A stretch of DNA of 63,744 nt, the filler included. It is 12 parts of 12 records of this genome, joined end to end, with 100 filler letters (N's around TTAATTAATTAA, not from the genome) between each part and the next. Parts side by side here need not be neighbours in the genome. Positions count along the whole stretch, not along the records: positions 34,102 to 37,569 come from SRR15195285_4084; positions 37,670 to 41,307 come from SRR15195285_4085; positions 41,408 to 53,775 come from SRR15195285_4087; 9 more parts are not named here. One strand, given 5' to 3'. Shown piece after piece: positions 34,397 through 45,086 of this stretch. The position numbers and the translations under genes were made by a program. The number at the start of each line of letters is the position of its first letter. The first letter of the stretch is position 1. The notes beneath the pieces were generated by a model. That model was not told where the DNA came from, did no database searches, and saw nothing but the letters and a program-made list of their open reading frames with translations.

Positions 34397-37164
34397 TTAT
34401 ATGTCGTGCTCGGCATCCATGACTGCCTTCAGACGATCGATAACCTCTGCAACAAGCGCATTGGCGACCATCTGCTGAGCGATTGCACGAGAACCCATCG
34501 CCGCCACGTGGTCCATCTGCTGCCGCATCGCTGCCGCACCCTCCAGCTGCTGCTCTAAACGGTTCTCGCCGCTGATAGTGGTGGCAGCAACACCACCGTC
34601 AGAGCCGCCATCCTCGTCGACCGGATACGACAGGACGTAATCCGATAGACTTTGCAGCGCAGAGCTGCAGTCTGTGCCAGCAGTATTTGACCCTCCGAGA
34701 ATCGAGACGACAGTCAGACGGCGTGAAGTTCCAAGCAGCCCCTGTAGACCAGAGTGCCTACTCCGCACAACCAACCGAGCAGAACGTCAGCCATAATTGG
34801 TAGCTTGCGAAAACAAGCGCATTTAAACAAGAAAGACTATCTTTCATCGCGCCCTTGCAATTCTGGGCGCACTATGGAATCAATGCTTGGGTGTGCGACG
34901 ACGCACTCTGCTTCTACTGCTGCCAAAGCGTCGTCCTCTTGCTCAGACGGAGATTCGGCATCCCCTGCGGAGCCACCGCTACCTGCTACCATATCGGCGT
35001 GAACAGCACCCTCGGGCCCTCCAGACAGTGCAATGGGCGCGGTCCTATCATCTACGGCCTTCTGAACAGTTCGCACCGCGCCTATTGCCTCCGCAAGGCT
35101 CCCGCTGCCTGAATGCCCAGCATGGCTTATGCAGATTACCGTATCAGTTGAACGCACGCTGTACGCCCATCCGTGTGGCCACACGACAGCCTCACTAGCT
35201 GCAACAAAATGTGCACGGAATCCACACGTAACAAGCGATAGCGCAAGCCGTCGCGCGACTCCCGCCTCCTCCTGTTCCGCCGCAACAAAGATAGCTCCGC
35301 CCATGGCCTCGCAGCTGAGCAAATCGTTGACTATCGCGTGTGAACGGGTGGCGTCACCGCCTCGGCCGTGGGCACCAGAAATTTGTGCAAGTCGCTCTGC
35401 CCATGCCGCGTCGGTCTCGTATGAAGCACGGTAGGCAGTCATGTCTCCCATACCTGCCGTTGTGTCAGCAAGAACTCAGTCACGCGAGAGGACACAACAC
35501 TTCACACGTTCCAGATCTCACCGGTAGTTCGGGCGCCCACCGACTCCAGGCTATATCGAGCCTGGATCTCTTCCTCTTCCTCTTTCACAGCATCCAGGAT
35601 GGCATGGACTGTGGGATTACCCTTGAGTTCACGTAGCACATCAGGATTCTCGACATCAGGTAACGAGAAAAGATTCCTGAATAGCGCCAGATTAAACGTA
35701 GTCAAATTAGTTAGACAGATGTAGACAGCTAGTGTACGAAATGTGAGACGCCCGTTCTCAAAAAGGCGGGCAACCGACAATGAGCAGGCCTGTGTATCGC
35801 ACCGTAGACATGCGGAGGCTGTGACATTAGCCATGTATCCTGCCTGCGTGATTGCTGCGGCCTCTGTGGGGATTCCGCCTGCATGATAAAGAGCAGATAA
35901 AAGCCCGCCGTAGAACGCATGTGTCACCCCTGTATCATGGACTAGCGGAACGATCGGAACTTCAGGCTTTGCGCCAGCCCCAGAGATGCTTTCTACTTCA
36001 ACAGCTGCGTCCTTGGCGGCTTCTGCGCAGGCCCCAACCGCTGGTACGTGAACTGTGGCGCCAAGTGTCGCGAGAACGCATCCCTTCGTCGCAACGTGAC
36101 CGTCGACGATCGCCACGAGATCGACACCGGTTGAAGAGCGCAGCAAGCTTGCCAGCTCTGTCGTAGGCAGCGATAGCGTGTCCTCGTATGACATTGCATC
36201 ATCGGCAGTCATGTAAAGCAGTTGTTCAGCAACATCACGTGGTTGCATCAGCACGTCCGCGTTGGTGATGCAAGACTGCAGCTCTTCGAGTGTCCCCAGG
36301 CGGCTCTCGCCGAGTACGGCAGTGGGGAGCACGTCGACGGCGAGGAGGGACAGTCGTTTTTTCGCCTTCGCCTCTTGCAAGAGCATGGCCACAGCTGCAC
36401 ACGGCACCGACCCTATCTCCGCCACGCACACGCCCGCGGTACGCAGAGAGGGTACGAAGTGCTTGCGCATGCGTTGCACATTGATCAGCGAGGTGCTGCC
36501 CGTCGCTTTGACTGTAGTCGACTGGCCTAGGTTGCCATCCACTGCAAACACGTGGTTCTCGGCGGTAGTGAACTCAGGACTCGCTACGATCCATGCGTCT
36601 GACACGCCGTGCTTCTGCAGCGCTGTGCTCACGACTTTACCAGATGCATCGACTCCTTGCAGCCCCAGCAGCGCCGATGGCACGTGCAGCGCCGATGCCC
36701 AGCTTAGCAAAGTCACCATGGCACCGCCGACGCTGCTTTCAGGCCGTGGCTGGTCAGGGCTCGCAAGGTAAGTAACCGCGCCCGCTTTCGGAGGTGACGT
36801 CACCACACGCACGTGCTGTACAAATGCCGAACCGCAGCCAACGACCCATGAACCATGGACTGGCGACGCTGAAGCCTTTTTCCGGTGCTCTGGTCGTGCT
36901 GAGACCTGCGAACAGTCGCCAACAAGGTCAGCCAGACACGGTCACAAGTGCGTGTGCAGTCTCGGCACGGACCAGCGGGCACAGTGGCTATCCGCCTGGC
37001 AGCGTCTCTTATGAACAAGCAAGACCAGCGTGACCTCGCACCGGCTTCCCGCTGCCCCAGCTGACTCCCCCGCGCGCAAAAAACCGCTTTGGCAGCCAGA
37101 CAGCCGGCCTCCTCACCACCACCGCTGCCGCACTGCCCGCCACGCGCTGCAGCAGCTGCACCAT
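34397..37164 (-). CDS. PfkB/ribokinase-fold + SIS (KpsF/GutQ-like) fusion protein, multi-exon, with degenerate catalytic motifs
   Basis: WVVGCGSAFV...VGG...SALLG..G.D..G...L..HGV...DTGVTHAFYGGLL (PfkB fold), then LA.SL...G.RAHFV..SEA...DTVICISHAG...S.L...SD.VL...A.Q.V.NAL (SIS). The first exon MVQLLQRVAG...RFF resembles a mitochondrial presequence; the first splice is uncertain. Confidence 0.7.
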
Positions 37165-37669
37165 CTTCGAGTCACCCGTCCCAGGAGTTTATTTTGCCGA
37201 TGTCGACGGTCAGCACTCTCCGCACCCAGCAGCGCCCAGCAGCACCCAGCAGCGCCTAAGCACCCCAGCACCCAGCGCTCAGCGGGCGTCCATGATCATC
37301 TGGGTTGTTCCAGCAGACGACACTGACAGCCCGGCGCGCGGCCGCCGCCGGCGAGCGGTCGTCGGTGCGCCGCTGGTGCGTGGCGGTCACTCGAGTGGCG
37401 GTCATGGACATGCCGCCGGTGCGCAAATTTTCCCGGCCATTCATTTCAGCCCATAATCCGGATCGGAGATTCACCATGCACCCTTGCACCGACCGATTCC
37501 GGCTCTTGGGGCGCACATGCACTCCGATTCACGGAGTCGTAGGAGCAGGAGGAAGAGGCACGAGAATTCNNNNNNNNNNNNNNNNNNNNNNNNNNNNNNN
37601 NNNNNNNNNNNNNTTAATTAATTAANNNNNNNNNNNNNNNNNNNNNNNNNNNNNNNNNNNNNNNNNNNN

Positions 37670-40212
37670 CGCTCGCCATGCTGCTGCTGGATCTTGTGCA
37701 GTGGGACTCGAGAAGTAGCCTGGGGGCGGTTGTGCAGCGAAACTACTTCCATGATGGGTTCAGTAGAATGGGGCTATTGAAGGCGGGCAATATGACTTAT
37801 ACTGATAATATATGCGAACGTGCAGGCGGGCTGCATGTGTACTCTGAGCAGGAGTGGCTGGAGGGTGATCTTGGAATTGAGGATGTTACTCTCCGCAATG
37901 TCACTGTAACGGACCCAACAAGCTGTGGCGCACTCAATGCCAGCGCCTGCTTTGCTGCCCCCGGCCACTTCATCCAGGTGATGTCGGGCCTGTCAGACCT
38001 CACATGCGAGGCAAACACATTCATCGCACGTGGTGAGTCACAGGCCGCAACAGATGGACACCCAGGATATTGTCACCCGAGATCAGAAGGTGGAAGCAAA
38101 ACGGATGCTCATGGAAGTGTGCGCCTGAAGCTGGATGATGTAGAAGAGAGTTTGCGGGGCAAGTTCCGTAGACCTGCGCGCTCTTCTACATGCGATGACA
38201 GCGTGCTTGGTCTAACTGAAGTCGCGTGGCACTCCGAGCCGTCGCACATCTATCTTGGTTCACCCTCAATTCTCCGGCTGCCAAACCGTACACTCCTGAT
38301 CACGGCAGATCGCTTTGGAGATGGGTTCAAAGGCCAGCCACGGAATGTGAGCCTGTACGTTTCAGATGACGAGGGTGCCCAAGGGAGCTGGCGTTTTCAC
38401 ACCTGGATTCTCAACGAGTATTGGGCAAATTTATTTTCGCACCAAGGAAAGATATACTTACTAGGAACGTCGACGGATGGTCCAGCGCCAATCAAAATCA
38501 GCAGCAGCGTGGATGGGCTCACATGGACAGCTAAAGACACAGCCTATATCGACAACGCGACATATAACACTGGTCCGACGCCGAGTTTGGTCTCTGGCGG
38601 TCGCATCTGGCGAGCGATGGAGGCATTTGTCCCACCACACAGATGGGGCAAAGATTACGAAGCGATGTTTGTACATGCTGCCGTCGACTCAGACTTGATG
38701 GACCCAGCGTCGTGGACTGTCTCAGACAGCCTGCGATTTGATGCGAGCTGGCTGCCTTCGGACTTTGGACAGATGTCAAATCCAGGATATTTGGAGGGCA
38801 ATGCAGTTGAGGGGCCCGACGGCGAGGTTTACAACATTTTAAGATTGAACTCATTGCCTGTTCTTGGGAACCACGCGATCAAGCTGCGCTTCGACAAGCA
38901 GGCCAACAAGTTTGAGTTCGACCGCTTATTGTATCTCCCAGGTGGGCACACAAAATTCGTGATACGGCGCGACGAGAAAACCAAGCTCTACTTTACCCTA
39001 TCCAACAACAACACCGACGTTGCGTACACCGACCAGCGCAACGTCCTAGTCCTCTGTGTGAGCTCTGATCTGAACACGTGGACTATCTTGCGGACACTTC
39101 TTGCGGACGACACAGGCCTCGCCCCGGCCGACAGCGTCCGCTACACAGGCTTCCATTACGTAGATTGGCAGGTAATTTTTCAGTTTTTTTCTGTCGCGAC
39201 ACTTGACCGTCTTCTCTTCCACCCAGTTTCGCTCTTCCAAATTACCTGCCAATGATTTTGCTGTCGCGGTAATTTTTCAGTTTGATGGAGAAGACGGTCA
39301 AGACATCATTTACGCTGTGCGCACGGCGTACAGAGGGGCAGAGAGCTACCACAACAGCAACCGGATCACGTTCAAGGTTCTGAAAAATTACCGCGCGGTC
39401 GCGAGTGGACTTTTGACGCTGGAACTTGGAACAGCACAGCTGCAGCCGCCATTCGAGCGCGACGTGCTCCACTACACTGTCTCGGTTGATTCAAACGCCA
39501 CCTCCATCGCAGTAACGCTCGGTGGTAGCGGCACATTCCAAGTGAATGGCAAGCAAGTCAAAGTTGCGGCTGGTAGTGGCGCCACCACGGTGGTACCGTT
39601 TCCATTGTCGATCAATAGCTCCACCGTGACAGTCCAGGACGCCAGCACTGGCAATTTATATGCAGTCGGTAAACTTCCCTGCAACCTGTGCCTTTTAGGC
39701 TTCAGAGCTTTAGGGCTGTAGGCTCTGTAGGCTCTGTAGGCTCCGTAGGGCTCACCTTGCTGACATAATGCGTTGATTTGCCAGACTGTGAACGCATCCA
39801 GCCGGCATCGGTGCATGTCACCGGCTCAGGCTTCTCCATCGGAGCTTTCAGCAACGGATCGCTTGCGTTCTCGGATCGCGAGTATGTGTGGCGTGCAGTC
39901 CCAACGGCTGTTGCTGGCTGGCACCACACCCGAACCAACGGTGGCCAGGGAATCAAAGGAGCGGCGGCCGCGGTCATTCGCGCGGATGTGCTTGAGAACT
40001 GCACGGTGTACGCCACTGTTGGTGTGTCCGCGACAGCAGCGCACGCGGTACTTGTCAAGGAGGGCTTCGAAGAGACGAAGCTCGAAGTCGAGTACACAGA
40101 TGCGAACGATACGCCCCTGAAACTCTACCGGCGGGCAGTTGTACAGGGAGCACAGTTCTCGCTGGATCAGACGGGTTCCGGGTGGTACGGGGTGCAGCTG
40201 GTTTTCCCGTGA
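37670..40212 (+). CDS. Multidomain glycan-active protein (5' partial): beta-helix end + BNR/sialidase-like propeller + cadherin-like beta-sandwich; introns 39172-39280 and about 39669-39784
   Basis: YLGSPSI.RL, Asp-boxes (SDDEG..SW, SVDGLTW, SSDLNTW), LEGNAV, LPGGHTKF, GFHYVDWQ|FDG...RTAY.GA..YHNSNRITF, LQPPF......YTVSV. Confidence 0.8.
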
Positions 40213-40366
40213 CCGCCAGGACAGTGTTCGACTGGCTGAACCACAGATATCGAACCACAGACACTTGTAGTGCTACCGCAGATGTGTGAATTCTGTACGA
40301 GGGTTCGAAAAAAAATCATTTCCATTCTGTCTTAGTTGGGACACACCCTTGCCTCCGCTGGCGCGC

Positions 40367-41125
40367 TTAGTGCCCGATTGATGCCTGGCAGAGCGCCACG
40401 AAGGCATCGACGCCACCACCCAGTGCCGCATTCGCCTCCTGGATTGTTGCGGCGGCCTGGTCTGCACACGCAGTCTGCCAGGTGCTGAAGGCTGTGGCGC
40501 AGTCCGCGGGGCACGTGTCCGGGACACGGGCTCCGGACTTTGGCGCCGGGCAGCTATTCGTGGAGATCCGGGCGAAACCACGAATGCTGCAGTCTGCTGT
40601 GCCATCGGCCGGAGGGGTCGGACGGGTTGGGCGCGTGGGCACCGTCCGCGGGCAGCAGCGGTTGAAGTCATAGCCACCGCCCCAGCAGGTCAAGTCGCCT
40701 GTCGCGCCCTTAGAGGTGTCACAGCAGCGCGCGCTCGTGTATTCCGAGCCGGCCACGAAGCACGTCGGGTCGCCGCATATCTGGGTAATCGCTGCGCAGT
40801 CCGGGTCGGCGCAGTCCACCTTGCCGTCGGCGTCGTTGTCCTGCCCGTCTACGCACTCGCGCCCGGTCTCCGTATTCGGATCCTCCGGGAGCTGCCCGGG
40901 GCGCGTCGCCCCGCCGGTGCCCGCGCCAGTGCACATTCGCATCGTTGCACAATCCGGGTCTTCGCAATCCATCGTCCCGTCGCCATCGTTGTCCACGCCG
41001 TCGCGGCATTCACGCCCGGACTCTGTGTTCGGGTCCTCCGGCGTCCGCGTGCCGCCACCCCGCCCCTCCACGCCGCTCAGCACAGCGCTGAGCGCCACCG
41101 CCACCGCGAGCACCCGCAGCATCAT
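40367..41125 (-). CDS. Secreted Cys-rich protein with two CxDGxDNDxDGxxDCxDPDC repeats
   Basis: Signal peptide MMLRVLAVAVALSAVLSGVEG; tandem duplicated module PEDPNTE.GREC.DG.DND.DG..DC.DPDCA. Confidence 0.75.
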   Translation of the reverse strand: MMLRVLAVAVALSAVLSGVEGRGGGTRTPEDPNTESGRECRDGVDNDGDGTMDCEDPDCATMRMCTGAGTGGATRPGQLPEDPNTETGRECVDGQDNDADGKVDCADPDCAAITQICGDPTCFVAGSEYTSARCCDTSKGATGDLTCWGGGYDFNRCCPRTVPTRPTRPTPPADGTADCSIRGFARISTNSCPAPKSGARVPDTCPADCATAFSTWQTACADQAAATIQEANAALGGGVDAFVALCQASIGH

Positions 41126-41407
41126 GCCACAGCAGCCCTGTCTGTGTCCGCCGTATAGTACGTACACACTACCCAGGATGTGGCACCGCACGGCGCACGC
41201 GCTGCGTCACACTGGAGCGGCTCGCACGGTTGGATTCGTTGGGAGTACGGAAAAACGCACTGAGAACTGCAGTGCACGCCTCTGACCACCTCGAGTCGCT
41301 GCTTTTTNNNNNNNNNNNNNNNNNNNNNNNNNNNNNNNNNNNNNNNNNNNNTTAATTAATTAANNNNNNNNNNNNNNNNNNNNNNNNNNNNNNNNNNNNN
41401 NNNNNNN

Positions 41408-44071
41408 AGAGAGAGAGAGAGAGAGAGAGAGAGAACCACAGAGAGAGAACCACAGAGATAGAAGGCGTTGTCATGGAATGGCGCCATAATGCCAGTAGCA
41501 TACTCACATGACGCAATTACGATGAGAATTATCAAGCCCCAACCAAAATTAAGCACCTTTTGTGGCTGGTTCACGTTGAGCGACTCGTAGACGCCACCTC
41601 CGAAGAGTTCCATCGACGTGCTGCAGAACATTGAGGCGACGGCGATGACTACAACTTGACACTTGCGCAAGATTCCAGCGTGCAACCACTCGTCGCTGTT
41701 GAACGCCGCAAACTGCAGCGAGTCAACAGATCGGTGCAGCAACACACAGCACGAGCTGACGACTCAGTCAGTTGTGCATAATGATGGAGCGCAGTCACTG
41801 TTGTATAACGATGGAATCTGACTTTGTGTAATAGCCTCGCTCGCGGCATAAATGGAAACAAGGGCTCGGACTCACCCATCGATCGTAGGGTTCACCTGGT
41901 GCAGCAAACCAGATATTGAATACCGACACGACAAAGGTTGATAGGAGTAGAGTTGCCCACAGGCCACCATCGAACGGCGCAGAGACCGTCATCATCTTCG
42001 CCCCGAGTGTGTTGTCCCATACAGGTCTTTGTATCCATAGTACTACCTCGTCAACGTAGAGTGGTGTAGTAAACGGCACCATGCGTAGCCGCTCAGATGT
42101 GACGTAGAATGGCGCTGCACCAACATGCGATATACCAGCCTGGACATCGTGCACTGAGGCGGTGTACGATGATCCCGGTCTGATCACACTACTACCACGC
42201 GACCTCGAAGAGATATTGAAGTCGCTGATCTGCCCAGACAGTTCAGCTAGTGCGTTCAGATACTCGGGGATTGCACCTAACCACGGGGAGCTGTCATTGT
42301 AATATGCCTCGCCGTTGTACTCTTTCACCACCTTGCCTGAGGTGGTCATTTTGAATTGAGCAGGGTGCTCAATCCCTGGAGCCGTCGCAAGCAGGCTCAT
42401 GTCTTGCAATGCTGTGAGTGTGATATGTTCATCCCAACGCGACGAGGTGCCGTTGCAGGTTGAATATGAAAAGTACAGCTTGTCTTCACTGCCGGCGAAA
42501 GACTGGTGGTAGTTGCTAATTCGAAACACGTGTTTGGATGCCTTACACTTCGTATGATCTATGTAGCACCATCGCTCACCGCAAAACGCAGGAGGGTTGA
42601 CGCCTGTGCAGTATGGCCCCAATGCAGCGTCGTGTGGGGCACAGACACTTGATCCATAGGATGGTGGATAGCAATGTCGCTGCGTATTGAATCCAGCGAC
42701 AGCGGAGAAATACGTGCAGGAAGAGCTGATATTGCCAGCGATGATCACCCTCGCATCCATGCAGGGGCAATCCTGTGCTCCACCGAGGGCGTTGGCATAG
42801 CTATCAGCCGGGACTGCTCCGTTCGGTCCGGCGGGCCAGGTACTTTGGGAGCTAAATGAGACATCATACACTCCGCTTGTCGCCCACTCCATGACGTTAG
42901 CTTCTGCGTGCATCGCCTCCCATTTCTGACTGCGCCGGTCACCGTACTCATCAAAGGAAATTGGGCCACTAAGTCCTTCAAAGGCGACCTGCTTCAGGTG
43001 CAACAATACGTTGGTCCCATTTTCAACGAATGCATATGATTCGGCTGGCGTCGTGCCTGACGCGTAGGTGGCGTTGAGAGCCATCACCAACGCCAGCATA
43101 GCGTCAACAGTCTCGGCGCAATAACCACAGAGCAACTCGTCTGGCGTTTGCCCCGCCAGCTGCTGCGCTGTGTTCCACCGCATGAGGTAATCCAGATACT
43201 GGGCTCCTGCCGCATTCGATGCTGGACGGATCCCAAGCACCTGGTAGCTAATCGAGGACGGTAATTCTTGACCTGTCCAACTGTCCGTCCCAAGCCACAC
43301 TGTATCCGGTTGCCACTCGGTGGCCGTGGCGTGTTGCAATATTTGCAGTGCGTGAGGCTTATGTGCCGTCAGCAGGATGATGCGTGGTCGATCGGCCGGT
43401 GGTAGCTCGGCAATGGTCTGAAAACACTCCTGTATCGAGTCTGTTCGGAGTCTGGCAGTTCCGTTCAGGGGGATCGTGCAGCGTGTAGCAACTGTGCCAC
43501 TCCATCCACCAGCGAAGTCATTTGCAACGTCAACACTGTACGTCAACTCGGACGTGATAATCCCAACCCGCTCCCAGCCGAAGGCGCTCACCAAAGCACG
43601 GAGCGCGGGCCCTTGCCTGTCGTCTGGCGCGCATGTGCGAAAGAAATGAGAGTACGCTTCAGTGTCCGATAGCGCTGAGCTGGTCGAGCGCGCAGAGACC
43701 TGCGGTACATCAGCGAGGCGCATAACTGTAGCGACGCCCATGCTGCTGCTGGAGCAGCGCGCCCCGACGATCCCATGCAGCGGCTCTGCCCAGTCGTGAA
43801 CAAGTTGCCAGGCAGCCTCTGTGCCGCGAATGACATCGCAGGCCGAGTTACGAGTGGTTGTTTGCAGGGTCAGGCCTGGGAGCAACGAGTCGAAGAACCC
43901 ATCGGTCTTGTTGTTGATCAGATCCGCGGCGAAGCTGAAGTGATACCTGTCCGTGATGCTGTAGTCAAACAGCCCGCCGATGTAGATGTCGCCGGTGCTC
44001 GGACTGCAGCCTGGAGCCACGCTCGGGACGAGCAGCGACAACGCCGCTAGCAGAGAGAAGACAAATCTCAT
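41408..44071 (-). CDS. Ionotropic glutamate receptor-like (iGluR/GLR) channel, 3' partial
   Basis: Signal peptide; ANF-receptor-type N-terminal domain (IVGARCSS, PQVS..STS..LSD...Y..FFRT.P.D, FGW..V.II, F.GLSG.I.FD..GDR); S1 lobe (F.VTSER...V.FT.P); M1 (PF..GLW); pore segment; M3 start ...ILIVIAS cut by an intron and the contig end. Confidence 0.85.
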
Positions 44072-45086
44072 TAGTCGCTCTGCACAGAGTACTGAGTGTG
44101 GCAGGCGTCCCGCGATGGGGAGCCTCGGCGGACCGACGGCGGACCGACAGTCAGGAGCAAATGAAGCCAGCTAATGGCTGGACGCTGGAGGTCCCGTCGA
44201 TGTTGGCTCCAGCTGGCAGCGGTGTCCAGAGCTGCCACTGTGCAATTTATGGCAACCTGCGAACCCAAAGCGAGGGCCAAATGTTTGACCTGAACGAGGG
44301 CGATCGCGCTCAGGGAGCGCCTCCGCGCGCGACGACGCGCGCGAGCGCGCGCGCGCGATGGCCCTCATGATCACCCGCCATTCACGGTTTTACGCGATCC
44401 TGGATCCTCATTCTCTGCGAGGAATCATATAGTTTCTACAGTGCCTGCATGCGCGCGATTGCGCATGCGCAAGCGAGCAATTCACGGGATCGCCCAACGC
44501 CGAACACGGGCCAACGGCCAGTTCATGGGCAGGAGGCCGGAGGAGGTTACGGCTTACGCTTACAAACAGTTGCACTTTACACATTTCAATGGCAGCTGTA
44601 GGATCCTACACGTGTACACGTGTACCAGACTAGGAATTCCTACCAGTACAACGATGTATTGCATGCGGCCGGCGGCTTGTGCGGCTCGCGAGGCCGGCAA
44701 CCCGGCATGCGGCAAACGCAGATCCAACATGTACATTCCGCTGTATAATTCGGTAATCAAAACTGTAATTAGATCTACTAGTAGTACAATGTAGGAATTC
44801 CTACATGTAATGAATTTCAATACCGTAGTCGAAACAGGCAAGGGGCGGCCGGCGATCGCGAGTCGTCACCGGCGGCTCCGTCGCTCACGCAGGGTCGACA
44901 GGGCGCACGCACGCAGCGAGCAAGGGTTGGTAGGAAGCAGGAAGCGCACAGCAGGGATTGCACTACACCGGCGGCAGGGCCAGGAGAGCTCGCTGCACGG
45001 ACCCCCGAGGGTAGCGTGGGCTGTTCGTGACCTTGGTATTGGCTGAGCGGTTGCTAGCCTCGCTCGGCACGCAGGGCAGTGGTGGC

